From: Azolla caroliniana
Taxonomy: Eukaryota > Plantae > Polypodiophyta
Reading direction: 5' to 3'
Length of the DNA: 64,000 nt
Assembly: GCA_043228905.1 (NCBI GenBank)
Contig: JBHGNT010000006.1
Coordinates: forward strand, 7,130,001-7,194,000
A model generated the notes under the pieces. That model was not told the DNA's origin, did not search any database, and saw nothing but the letters and a program-made list of their open reading frames with translations. Shown here piece by piece: positions 12,921 through 26,231 of the stretch (the first letter of the stretch is position 1; every line of letters begins with the position of its first letter). The position numbers and the translations under genes were made by a program.

Positions 12921-13480
12921 TGTTACGACACACCAACCGTAGACTATGACAAAGCACAAATGACAAGGTTGGCTGCGATCAATAAGGTTACGATCGTGGA
13001 ACTCGACATGATGAGGCTAGAAACTCAAGAAGTTGGGATCGATGAGATGAGGAACTTAAGACGCTAGGAACAATACCAGAGCATAAAGACAGAGATGTAA
13101 ATCAAGGAGAGAAGATGGGGCTAAACAAGATTACTAGATTGATGTGTCAATGACTGGCGTTGAATCCCTTGAAAGGGGGACCAATGAGATTACAAGTATT
13201 TATACATGTTTGTGGGTGGTACATGTAGTTCCATACATAGACCTATTTTCGTGCAAAAGCTTCTGGAGGTTATCATGTTTGTGACATTATCCTCCCCTTT
13301 ACGACCGCCTTTTCGAAAGCATGGTGTAGCGGTGAGCTAAAAGAGAAAACCGAAGTAGGTTGAGGACTGAGTGACCATGAGCAGTCCTCATCGAAGACTG
13401 GAACACCAATAGACGTGAGCGACCATGTACGATCCTCATCAAGAACTAGAACACCAATGGACATGAGCGACCATGTATGA
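12921..13480 (-). mobile_element. Truncated Ty3/gypsy-like element: 3' LTR, PPT and short internal tail
   Basis: LTR 12921-13286 (TGTTACGA...TGTGACA on +); PPT AAAGGGGAGGATAA on minus at 13300-13287; 48-bp tandem repeats ~13369-13480. The host copia protease region is missing at this junction. Confidence 0.7.
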
Positions 13481-13830
13481 TGCCTTCTAGAAATTCAAGA
13501 ACGAAGTAAAAAAGGAAACCAATTGTCATGTATGATGTCTTCAATTGGACGGCGGCAAAGAGTACTTCTCCGAGGCCTTTACCGCATACCTTCAACAAGA
13601 AGGAATCTGGTGGGAGTTTACTTGTTGACACGCACCTTAGCAGAACGGAGTAGCCAAAGGAAAGAATCGACACATGCTGGAGGTGGCAAGGGCAATGAGG
13701 AACGAGAAACATCTGCCAAAATCATATTGGGCTGAAGTGGCAAATACAACCGTCTATCTTATGAATCGTTGCACAACATCAGGAGTGCACGAAGTTACCC
13801 CCTGCAAAAAGTTCTATGGGAAGAAACCGG

Positions 13831-14528
13831 TGTCGCGGTATTCTGCGGGTACATGTAGGACTTTAGGCGGGACTATGGGGGCCTCAGACCAAAGAGCTTA
13901 AGAAGAAGAAGAGGAATAAGATAGGCGGAGGGTGCGTAAGATGTTAGGTATCGAGATGCACAGGGCACAACCGGCTCGTCTAGGATTGGAGTAAAACGCT
14001 AGATGATCACCAAAAGAAAAACGGATACCAACAATAGATTAGAAGATAGAGAAATTACAACCGGCTCAGCCAAGAGCCAAGCCACGGGCTTAGCGAGCAA
14101 CACATGCACTCCAATCACCGAAATACAATGTGGAGCCTCTGTCGGGAGCACACGGGCTTCCTACGCGAGCAGAGGCGTCCGACCTAAGAGAACACAAATA
14201 GAGAATACGGGCGCTCGATTCCTAGTTCGACAACACTTCGTTCCCCCTAAACGTGAGCCCCATGCTCAACCCTCTACTCCTCCTTTTATAGGCCAAAGCG
14301 GGAAAGAGCTGTCACACCATGTAATTAATCTCTGCCGTCTCGGACAGAGATTCGCCTAGATTTATTCCCTTATTTAAATTGTCCTATTAAATTTTTATAC
14401 ATCGCGTCAACCTAGCCTAGCCCTATGTTATTTACAAGTACACAATTTATTTTCGTGCGCATCCGTGCACGTGCCCGTTCACGCCTCTCCGGTCCCCTTT
14501 CTCCTTGTGGCCGGAATTCCCCACGACA
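13831..14528. mobile_element. Solo LTR (698 bp) inserted in copia integrase, 4-bp TSD CCGG
   Basis: Termini TGTCGCGG...CCACGACA; CCGG at 13827-13830 and 14529-14532. Removing it restores integrase YGKKPDLYHVKIFG. Confidence 0.85.
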
Positions 14529-17500
14529 CCGGATCTATACCATGTCAAGATATTCGGTTCAATTGCATATATACATATACATATTCCCGACAAGAAACAA
14601 TAGAAGCTCGATCCCATGTCGGAGAAATGTATACTCGTAGGGTACTCACTCGCGCAAAAAGGGTATAAGTGCTTCTACCCTTCCACTAAAAAGGTACAAG
14701 TGAGTAGGGATGTAGTATTCGACGAGTCGGCATCCTAGTATACAGTCGAATCAGCCCCATCCGACACAATTGAAACCGAGTTCGACACAGATGCAGAGGA
14801 GGATAATCGACCGAGACCCACATAAGAGGAAAGTCCAACCTCAACCAGGTTGAGTGGACCACAAGAGCCTCCAAGCGACCAAACCACGTTGCGACCAAGT
14901 TCGAAGACAAATACCAAAGGTAAGGCCAAAATGCTCGAGTATGAAGACTCAGATGGAAATGAATCAACTCACTTACACGACAATGAGTATAGTGGACTGG
15001 ATGTGCCCACCATGAGGGCACCAAGAGCACCACGTCGCTCCACCCGAGAAAATAACATAGTCAGGCGATTCGGCTACAACAACTACATGGCATATCATTA
15101 TGCATTCATGATGAAGGTGGTGACAGTCTGAGTACCAGAAACCTTTTCCGAAGCCGCGAAGGACCCTAGATGGGTCGAAGCGATGAATAAACAGATGTAA
15201 GCACTTTCCAAGAACGAGACATGGGATCTCGTCCTTTCTTCACACCACCAGAAGTCTAATGTTGATGGATCTTAAAAGTGAAGCACAACGCCGACAACAC
15301 TGTCAATTGGTACAAGGCCCGGTTTGTGGCGAAGGGCTACGCATAGACACACGGTGTCGACTACGAAGAGACCTTTTGCCCTGGTGGCAAAGATGACTAC
15401 AATTCGAACCATGATCGCGCTTGCAGCAACAAAAGGATGGCACCTCCACCAAATGGAAGTGAAGAACGCCTTCCTCCAAGGCGAACTAGAAGAGGAGGTG
15501 TACATGATACAACCGCCTGGATTTGGGTCAACTACGAATCTGACTATTGTTTGCCGATTCAAAAAGCCTCTCTACAATCTCAAGCAAGCACCAAGAGCAC
15601 GACATTCGAAGATAACCCAATATCTTCATCAAATCAGTTTTCAAATGTCCAAGTTTCACAACTCTCTGTTCATTTGGAGCGACTCCAGAGGACAAGTATT
15701 TTTCATCATTTATGTGGATGACTTGGTCATAGGCGGAGATCTTTAATAGATATTGAGCACATCAAGAAGCTCCTCTCAAGTTAATTCGAAATGAAAGACA
15801 TGAATAGAAGTAATTCGGATCCCTAATGGCATCATGCTTTCTCAAAGGCACTATATCCTCAATCTTCTTTACAAGTTTGGGATGACACAGTGTAGGCCCA
15901 TCACTATCCCTCTCGATCGAAATCTAAAGCTAGATGCCGACTCAAGCACAAGAAAGTGTGAGCCGATGCTCTATTGTTAGCTAGTTGGAAGCCTCATCTA
16001 CCTAACAATTACCTGACCCGACTTAGTTACCCAATCAGCCTCAGCTATTTCATGCAAACTCCGCGAGACATCCATCTCGATTGTGCTAAGCAAGTGCTAC
16101 GGTATGTGAGTGGAACGATGGGTTTCGGCATCCTCTACAGATTGGACACACTGATTCGACTCACAGGGTATACTGATGCCGACTGGGCCGGTTACAAAGC
16201 TAACCGACGATCGACATCCGGATTTGTTTTCTCTCTCGGCAATGACGCCATATCATGGAGAAGTAAGAAACAGTTGATAGTCGCACTATGGAGCACCGAA
16301 GCTGCATGTGAAGTTGTTTGGCTCAAGAGAATATTGAAGGATCTGGGTGTTCCCATCAAGGATTCGATTCTCCTGTATTGCGACAACATGAGCAACCTCC
16401 ACTTGGCCCGAAACCCAGTTTTCCACGCTCGGACCAAGCACATCGAAGTGCACTATCACTTCATCCGAGAGCATGTTCTAGCAAGGGATGTTGACCTTCA
16501 TCACATCAACATGAACCTATAGATGAACGACATCTTCACCAAGGCCATGGGAGTCGACAAGCTGCAACAATTCACGATGAACCTGGGTCTTTCCACCATC
16601 GACTAGTCAAGCTTGAGGGGGAGTAAGGAGCAACAAGAGTGTACTGGCCATTCGAAGTCGAAGCTTACCTGAAGACCAGTCCGAACCAACCATCCGACGA
16701 CCGAAAGTTGTGTTTGAAGGGGCATGTTGAGAATCAAAATCAACTTCCCATGTGTGAGAACACATTCTAGGTTACGGAAGTGTGTGAACACCCCCACCTT
16801 CTTGTATAGTAACTAGTGTGTCATAGAAGTTAATGTTCTATGACACATATTCTTTAAGTAGTTAAGACACAACCTCTTTCCCAAGAGGCGGTACTAGTGA
16901 GAGAACTTAGAGAGAAGGTGACTACATAAGCACCTTCTCCGTCTCTTTGTAACTATTGGTCATTCTTGTCTCTTTGTTAATACAATTTTCTAGTTTTCTA
17001 TAATCTTGAGCTCTCTCTCTCTCCCTCTCTCTCTACACACATACACACAGTTCTTCCGCTACACAGAATCCATCTGATTCTTTACAGATGATCTAGAGAG
17101 TACTGACCTTCACCTTGTCAAAGTCATCTCTACATTCTTGAAGCTTGGTCAAAAGTAAGACCTCCAACTTGTATGGATTGGGTGACTAAGTTGATAACTT
17201 TGCAACTCCATCTCAAAATACAAACGTTGCATTAGTTGGAGTTGCAAATACAAACATTTCACCGGCGATGATTGCCACTAGTTTATAGCTCTAGGTACCT
17301 ACGTACATTAAGTAGAAAATAGGAGAGGTTATGTACGTAATCTCATATTCTTGAACTTGGGTAGGGGGGTGATTACCCAATTTATATAAGCCATATTGTA
17401 TAGTCTTTCTATACAAACCTCTTCTAACTAATGGGAAAGCAACACTTTTTTGGACAATTTTTTTAAAACATACAAACATTTCATACGTTATTCCTTGTTG

Positions 17501-20001
17501 GCATAATCTTTATAGTGACACACTAAGATTCTCAAAAATAAAAGAAGGATTAAGAAAGGGTATTCTAGCTCAAAATGTCAAGGGAGAAGATTGATTTAAA
17601 AAAACGAAAAAAATGAAAGGAATTTGTATTAACAAGGGACAATGTTACAAGAGTGTGTTGAAGACTAATGTTGAATCAAAACTACCACTCATATATATAA
17701 TAATATTGAACTCGTGAATGGTCACCACGTGCTTCTCACACATGATCGTGATTTGGGTATTACCTATGCTTTCCATTTTGCAATCATGTATGGTTATTAT
17801 GTGATCACTACAATTCCGTTGGTATCATGCAATGTCATGTTAATGTGGAATGTATAGGATTATATATGAAATGTTTAAAAAAATCATACATGAAATTGTA
17901 TATGCCAACAACATTGTTACAATATTATTTGCCATCAACGTTATTTGTATGAAATTATATGCCTAACATGTTTAAGCAATTCTTGAACAACACCTATTCT
18001 ATATTGGACGGTTGCTTAGTGACATCATCCCTAATGAGATGTTAAGGTTGGTTCCATGGTCAATCTGCTTTGTTAAGAGCGAATTTATTGTTTTGAGTAA
18101 ACAAACATGTAGGAAATTTTGATGGAGTTTCACGTTATACTCTCTTGCCTAACATGTGATTCTTGCTCCGAACATGATAGGGAGTGTGTTCTCAGCCCAT
18201 ATCTGGGTTGTAAAAGGAGATGTCATCGCATATTATCCTTTTGCTTAAAGTTGATGCTTTGGTCTAAAACATCTTGTTTTCGTTTGGCTTTGCACATGCA
18301 TTGTTTGTTACGGAAGAACGGCTAGATTTGCAATCATTAAATCTTGGTATCTTTTCGTTGGTCATTTCAACTCCCCTAGTTGGTGGTGCCTAGCACAAAT
18401 TTCCCTTGTCTCACTCCCTACATTTTGTCCATGGTTGTCGCCTTTCCATACTGTGCAAAGTTCAGAGCAATTTTGTCATTGCGTTTATTACATGAAATTT
18501 CCCTTCCCCTTTTTTTATATTTAGGCATTTCCCTTTATGTCATTATTTTGAGTTTTTATTATCTCTTGAGCTCTTCACCAACTTGGTTAAACCAATTTGG
18601 TGTTCTTCCTTCCTTAAAGTCGATACTCTTGGGTTGTTCTTTGGACCTCTCATGTTTCCACATAGAGTATTTGAGGATGAATACATAGAAAATTTCCTCC
18701 CTAATGGGTATGCGTTCACGTGTGCGCGCGCACACACACATTCCATACTTATCCCCTTACACACATCTATGCTTGGGTCCAAATCACATTATTTGACATT
18801 TTGAAGTCATTAGATTTGCACATGGTCCCAAGCTTTACTAGAGTCCTCATTTTGTCATTAACTTGTTTAATCAAAACATTATACTTGGTCCTTTTCAAAT
18901 GTTTTGGTGCACCATACTTTTTTGGGTGACTTTTCAGATATTCAAATGCTTCAAAATTTCTTTGGAGCGCGAACACATTCTTAGGTTATCTAGACTTGGA
19001 ATAGAAACCTTTCTTAATTGCAATATCATCCTAAAAGAATATGTACATGATCCATCTCTTTCTTTACAAGGAGATGAAATACTTGGTCTTGGGCCTTTCA
19101 AATGCTTTTGGCGCTTAAGACTTGGTCCTAAGCCCTTTCACATTTTTAGGTTTCGTAGGATTACTTCTAAAACCCTGACATGTTCTTAGGTGCTCTGTAC
19201 TTTGTTACGGGCATTTCTTAATCACAATCCTAAGTTCTCTAATATTTATACATTGCCTCAATCTTTTCCCATAGAAACACCAAATGTAGTACTAGACCCT
19301 TTTCAACATATGTCAAGTGCTTCTAGACTCTCCTAACTCCCATCAAGTTCTTGATTATGGGTTTCTTTACTCTCAAGCACTTGACTTTGTGTTTTGTTGT
19401 GCTTTGATCTTTATTACATCTAAGAATTATAGATTGTGTAATCCATTTATTATACTTGACATCACCTTTTTCACATGGTTTAGGATAATCTCATTAGGTT
19501 CTAAACAAGGTAATAATAGATTTCTTTCAAATCAATTGCCCTTTAGTGATCATATACCCACCTCTTTGTGCTAAGGGTGACCAAAGATGAAACTATATGT
19601 TCCTTAGGTTATTTTTTACTCTTTTGTTCCTTATTCTCGAAGGGATTCCTTCTCGTTCCCTGGAGTTTCATTTATGGTAATATTGTTTGTTACAAATAAA
19701 ACTTGTGAAAGTTTATAACTCGCAAATATGCAATCTTAGCATGCCTTAAAGTCATGCTTACATTATGAATTGGTTCATTTTGCCAAGGTTTTCCTACTTC
19801 ATAAAGATAAGTTTATTTTTTTAAGGCACCTATAATTGAGGTTAGATGTTACTTTTGTTTCTTATGGCCATGCCAATGGATATCCTAAGTTTCAATTATA
19901 ATTTGATTCAAAGGCCATTGTTGACAAAGGTTATACTGGTTTGAGTTAACCTCCTAGGAATTTAACCTAATCTACATGCCTTTTTTTACTAGGGGGGTTG
20001 A

Positions 20002-20125
20002 GCCTCCTCCATCCCTCGGGACCGACAAGGGGTAGTGCAAGAGTATCAACTCATTGTCCATCGACCACGCCTTTTAGCCTGATCTTAGGCCTTGACTCAC
20101 TCTCCGTGGACGAACCTTGTGGAGG
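20002..20125 (-). pseudogene. rrn23: Plastid-type 23S rRNA fragment (NUPT), ~125 bp, diverged
   Basis: The + strand reads CTCC.TCCCTCGGGACC.ACAAGGGGTAGT...TTGTCCATCGAC.ACGCCTTT..GCCTGATCTTAGGCC.TGACTCAC.CTCCGTGGACGAACCTTG.GGAGG, which I recognise as the reverse complement of chloroplast 23S rRNA. Confidence 0.85.
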
Positions 20126-22628
20126 TTGTAGTTGTTTGAGTCGGCCTCGTAGGAATTAGACCTAATCTATGTGCCTTTCTTTACTCAGGGAGTTGAGTTG
20201 GTTGGATTGGACCCCAATTATTGTACAAGGCTATTTATCCCTTCATAGTCTTTGGTGTTTGATGTGGTTTTGAACTTCTCCAAAACTCAACACATATATG
20301 CCTACAAGTTAGGTAGCAATGTTGGAACTCACTTTGGTACCAAAGGGTGTCCCTATTTTTTGCTTGATGGTCATATCGAATCTACAATTGGACAAGTATG
20401 TCTTATTTTGCTTTGTCAATGAATACAACCCCTTTTGTTCAATGTCCTGAATGAATCCAAGGTCATGTCATTTTCCTCATACGATATAGTATTGTACTTT
20501 GCATTGCTTCTGCCTTGACATATTGTCTTCTGTGAAGACGATGCCACAAAGCTTCTTGACTTCGTTGTCTCTCATCACATGTGCCTTAGATATCAACAAT
20601 ATTGGGTTTCCTCGTTTTGGTTTAGCCTAAAATTCCCATCCACCTTTTTTGAGTTGTGTATGTTTTCTTATGAAGTTTTGTGCAAGATCTTTGCTTTGTT
20701 TTGTGGTGGACATGGTCATGTAATCTCACCACAAAAAAAATTCAAAAGAAGTGCCCTTTTGCTTTCGACAATGAAATCCCTATTTCAATGACTTGGTAGT
20801 TTTTCCATCAAATTTTGAGGTTGGTGCGTCTTGTCATAACTTGACGATGAATGTTTTTTCTATTTATGTTTGAGAGAGAAGATTGGGATGATAAGTTTCA
20901 CAATTTCTATAGTAGTGAGGCTTCCCCTTGTTTTCTCTATCTCCTTCCAATTTTTTATGCATTGGCTAGTCTTTGAACTTGTATAGTTTGATATGGAGTC
21001 ATGGTTGGTCAAGATTGGTTTGACAATACAAACCCAATTTCATGTCGTTGAGGCTCTAATTGATTATTGGTTTGTCATTATGTGCTTTCTTTCATTGGCA
21101 ATTTTATTGTTTCTCACCTTATGGTTTCCTAGTTGAGATAAAAATTGTAAGTTGCATTGCATGTTGGTGCTACGTCAAATGTATTGTCACTTCCCACTCT
21201 TGCATTTCGTTACTAGTGGCGTCCTTTCTAACATTTCATTTGAGCTTTTCTTGGTTTCAACATGAATTTGGCTAATGATATTTCTTGAAGCCAGTTGTGC
21301 TCTTTGTAGCTCCAACCACAATTCATAATGGGGAATCTCTAAGAAGTATGTGGGTTTTTCGAGAGTTGAAATCATGAAAGTAGAACATGATGTTTATTAA
21401 TGCAAGATACACATACGTTATGTAAAACCAACTTGTTGACATTATTAATTATTTGTTTCAAGCATCCCAATTTTCAAGGCAACATGAAGGTAAAAAAGAG
21501 TGAAAACAAATAACTTCACCATATTCTCTTATTGTTTTCATCTACCCCTTATGTGATTAACTTTATATATAAGTACTACGTGTTAGATATCTCAAATAGA
21601 TGCCCTGGTGTTCAATCACACGAGGTCATGGGGAAATGGGGAGAACATTCGTCAAGGTGTGTGTATATATATGGGTATTTGTTTATACATCATGTACGAG
21701 CATTGAGGAGTAATATCCCATTACCTACAACATGCATAGATACAATATGATCATGGTCATAATACCGATGTTCTGCATTTGGTAAATGATATACAACATA
21801 AAATGGGAATCCACCAAAGCCTTCTCTCTCGTATCCCTTTCTTTGTATAAGAACCTCGAAGATACCAAATGTTTTTATGTCGTAAAAGATCATGATACTT
21901 ATCATACTACCTATCAACTCATTACAATATATGAAAGTACCTTTATTGGTACTGTGGCTATTGACAACCCCTTCTAATTGTGGAAAGAAGATTTCAAATT
22001 AGATACAACAAGACAAAAATTGTCACATATCACCAAGGAGTGAGTGAAGCAACAAGTAAACATGCACCAAACCGACCGAAGGTTTATTGTAAAACGACCC
22101 GAAGGAGATCATAAAGTTAAAGAAGACTTCATGCATTGAACCTATAAAAGTACATACTGTCTTGATCTCCAAAAAGCACAACTCTACTGTTGCATTATAT
22201 TTTCGATGTCATATAGTTACAACACATCCAACTTTACAATCGAATACATACTCTACATTAACCGGACGAAACGAATTCTCATAAATGTGAGTGGGACATC
22301 GAATGGAGGAAAACATTGATTTACCCCTAACTTTACAACTAGTTACTAGAAAGATGGTGCGTGCTGAGAGTATGAAATGATGTGCACACTATGTGGAGTG
22401 CTTATGAGGATCGTCCTTGGTATGTTTGGTAAAGCAAAAGGCCAAGGGGAAAGTACGAGAATCCAACCCAAACTCACGATCTTTTTAGTTCACACCCCAC
22501 ATGCTCCAAAGCCTTCTCCGAGAATTAGCCATTAAACCAACAACACTAGTCTCGAGTCTATTGTCATCGAGTACGATTCGTGACCCCAGGTGAACACAAT
22601 CCGACGAGAAACGGACCATGCGGCAATG

Positions 22629-22822
22629 GCCACAAGAAATTAGCCATGGAACCAACAAAGCCAAGGCATATATATGGATTGTAATGGGTCACCTCCAAGG
22701 ATAAGTCCTGATCCAATGAGAAGCAGATCATGCTACAAACAATGCCCACAAGAAATTAGCCATGGAGCCAACAAAACCTAGGCATATGGATTTGTATGGG
22801 TCACCTCCAAGGATTAAGTCAT
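22629..22822. repeat. Imperfect direct repeat (~80-bp core, ~117-bp period)
   Basis: CCACAAGAAATTAGCCATGGA.CCAACAAA...TGGGTCACCTCCAAGGAT occurs twice. Confidence 0.85.
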
Positions 22823-25800
22823 GACCCCCTGCTGAAGAACAAATGAAAGAGATCAATCAACACCCACACAACTCATCTTCCACAAATTAATCAGCAGTGA
22901 AAAGCCAACAACCCTTATGATCACCACAGATAATCCGGTGACCCACTTTGAATTTCATTCTTTTTGGCCGGCCAAACAACCCCCCCACATCACAGATTTA
23001 CACTCCCCACCCCCTAGTCCAAGGTAATCTGTTACATTCTAATTCCGTTTAATCTCTCTTAATAGTGTGCAAAATCGTTAACATTTCTTTAATTTATGCG
23101 ATGATTATGAGGCTAATCGGAGTGATTGCTTTCTAATTTTGGGCTGATTAAACGCATATAATGTTACCTGTGTGCTAAATGGGGGCTAGTCGAAGTAAAC
23201 ATGTGCTAATGAAGGCTGATTAAGCCCATATAGATGTTGATTATGCGCTAGTTGAGACCCAGTGAAACATGTAGCATATCGTTAATTAACAGCTAATTGA
23301 ACTAAGGAAAGACAGATTACAAGCTGATTGAACTAATTATATGCTAGTATGAAGCGGATTGTGCTAACTACATATAAAGGAGGAGATGATGGATCTAATT
23401 GTATGCTAATTAGAAACCAATCAAGCAATTAGATGCTCAGCATGAATGGTGTAACCACTTGAGAAAGGTTAATTATGAACTTGTACGGACCCATTAAAGC
23501 ATTGGTAGCTATTATTTACCAAAAATGCCCCTTGCTTGTTTGTTTGCCTACAGGGGCATGGGCATATCTATGTAAATAGTTGTAAGGTTGGAGGTACTTT
23601 GGGGTACATTCTCAAAAAATGTTCCTCGGACAACCTCGTAAAATCCCTCTCGTCTCATTCTCAAAAGTCTCGTGCTTGGATTCATTGGTTTCACGCATTT
23701 TCCCTTATTTTAATCCGTCTGTCTGCTTTGTTGCATTATTGGGAATGAGTAGATCTCCATACTCTCGCTACTTCCTCGTTCACGATATATTTCTTGTTCA
23801 CCTCAATGCATGTGCATTGTATTATATTCTGCATGACTTATTTGTCCCCGTTGAACACAAATCCTAGCTACCGAATCCCGATCACTTGCTGAATTCATGA
23901 TGCGATTCCACTTCTCAGTGGTTGATGAGGTGAAGGGGGATGGTTTTATGCAAAATCCAACCACATACTTAGACCGCCATTTTCTCCTCGTGAACGTCTA
24001 TAATTTGAACATATCTCTTGAAAATGCATGTTCAACACATGCACACAAATCAACACATAGGGTCGTGGACAACAACGCACACAAAAAAAAACACCTTTAT
24101 TTGAGCACCTATCGACTTTTTACAATATTATATGGATATTATTTATCTATTTATTACCTTTTATCATTCATCATATATTTTAAGCATCCTTTTGCCTTGT
24201 TTTCTTTCAATGCCATCTCTTATAAGACTTCACCTCACTTGTTATATATCATGGAGTGTTGAGGGGCACATTATAATATTGCAAAGTATGATCCTGTGGG
24301 TGACACTGCCAACGGTTTCATTCCAATAAGCATTGGAGAAACATCTTCACCGACAACCCATCCTCATTAGTTCCAACTTGATAAAGGAGTGTTATTGATA
24401 GATGCACCATTCATGATGTGCCATTCGCTTGATGTTGACACAAAAGCCATGATTATGGAAGAATAATTTACAAAACAAAAACAACTTGTGGTATTTGCAT
24501 CTTACTCCACTTATTGAAAATAAAGGGTGGCCCATAACAAACCTTGTTGTATTTACCTTACACACCGACATATTAAAGAGAGAACATGTTAGATCACAAA
24601 AAGTAAGTTTACCAACCTTAGAATGCGGTTATAACTGGTTTGTAGGTGGGTGGTTGGAAACAAAAGGAGTCCAAACTAGAAGCATGTTAAAGGTTTGTCG
24701 CAATCACTTTTTTAAAACCATGTTAGCCTTTGGGTCGTGTCTCTTTTGAAATAGTGCTTTTTTATGTTGATAACTAGACCTCTGAACTAACACAACTTTC
24801 TTGTCCTAATTTAGTTTATGAAATTTAGATGCTTTTGTAAAGTATCATATCAATATTATTTTTGAACATTATTTATCTTACGAAGTAACTTTACCAACCT
24901 TGAATGTGGAAACTAAGCTATTTGACACTCTACAAAGTGGGAAATAAGAGAGCCTAAATAGTAAATAAAAACACTCATTTAATGAAACATGACAATAAAC
25001 ATATGTTTTAGAGAGACAAATGATTGATGTGGGTATGAAGTTTTGTTTCTCATTCATTTGCATTAGGCATTAAGATTGTTCAATGTGACAAAATAATTTG
25101 GTCCTTGCATTTTCCAGTTCCTCATTTGTTAATTGACAGCCACTTTTGTTTTCTAGTCTTGATCTTGTCAAAACATCACACAAAAAATCCTTCTCATGTT
25201 TATCTAGTACCCACATCTTCCCGATTGTTTTCATCTAGCTTGCCAAATCATGATGATACTTCAAGAAATCAATCAAACCATCTCTACTAGTAGGATGCAA
25301 GCAACTAATTACAAATTGAAAGCCAGCCATATTTAACATTCAAATCCTATAATTTCAAGATGACAAATGAACTAGTCCAATCTGTGATTTGCTAACCAAA
25401 TGTACATGTTGATTAACAGACACAAGCTAACCATGAAACAAGTTCATGAAACCAAGAGCATAATTGATCAAATACCTAGCTCCACCATTTGATGAATGAA
25501 AACATTGTTTACACCAATCGTCTAATGCACTGTATATCTCAAGATTGGATACTACCTCTTTATTGAAGTTTGACAAAACATTAATTCCTGGATCAGTAAT
25601 CCAATCATTCAACAAACTTGGAGAAATTGAAAGTGTCCACAATGAGTAGAAAAGAGCCAAAAATATAGACAACCAATTTCAAATTCACAAGGGCAGCCAA
25701 GTCATTTATTTCACTAACAGCTGACTTGACAAATATTGAACCTGGAAAGTCTGTCTTTCTTTTTACCTTTGGTCTGTTTGCAAATCACTGTAGCAAATCT

Positions 25801-26231
25801 CAAATACAAGCTTAAGATTGCATAAAAAAGCTTATGTACATGTACAAGATCAGAATAATTTGGCATTACATATGTAATCACATTTAAAAGATTATTACAA
25901 TCCAATATCCAAATAAAGAACATATATAAATAGAGACGGCATTCAAAAGCATACATAACACTTTCTACATTTGTAAAGTTCATCTACATAAAAAAAAATT
26001 CGCAGTTATTGAGCTTTTTTTCGGATTGCTTTGCAACTCTTCAAGGCCTTCCAAAACTCCAATATCACAGCTAAAGCTCCATTTTCGTATTCATGCAGAG
26101 TTGCTCAATACTAGACGTGAATGGGTTTTCAATAGGAAACCAGAAATTCCATTTTCTGACAACTGCTGCAGCTCTCCTAATTTGAGCAATTAGGTCGAAA
26201 ACTCTCAAAGAAATTGCTGGTCAGAAACTGT

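Larger units (their letters stand above)
10697..17086 (+). mobile_element. Ty1/copia LTR retrotransposon, degenerate, with three nested insertions
   Basis: LTRs 10697-11063 and 16725-17086 (TGTTGAGAATCAAA...TTCTTTACA); 5-bp TSD GATGA on both sides; PBS TGGTATCAGAGC (tRNAi-Met) at 11064-11075; PPT before the 3' LTR. Remnants of gag (11.2-12.9 kb), integrase (13.5-14.8 kb), RT (YVDDLVI) and RNase H (YTDADWAG, RTKHIEVHYHFIRE) carry stops and frameshifts. Confidence 0.95.

Noticed and set aside
17100-24800. Short ORFs and possible decayed DNA-transposon coding remnants, including a TAATT/GCTGATT-rich tract at ~23030-23500
   Set aside because: No diagnostic motif, TIR or TSD could be established by eye; left unannotated apart from the NUPT and one repeat.
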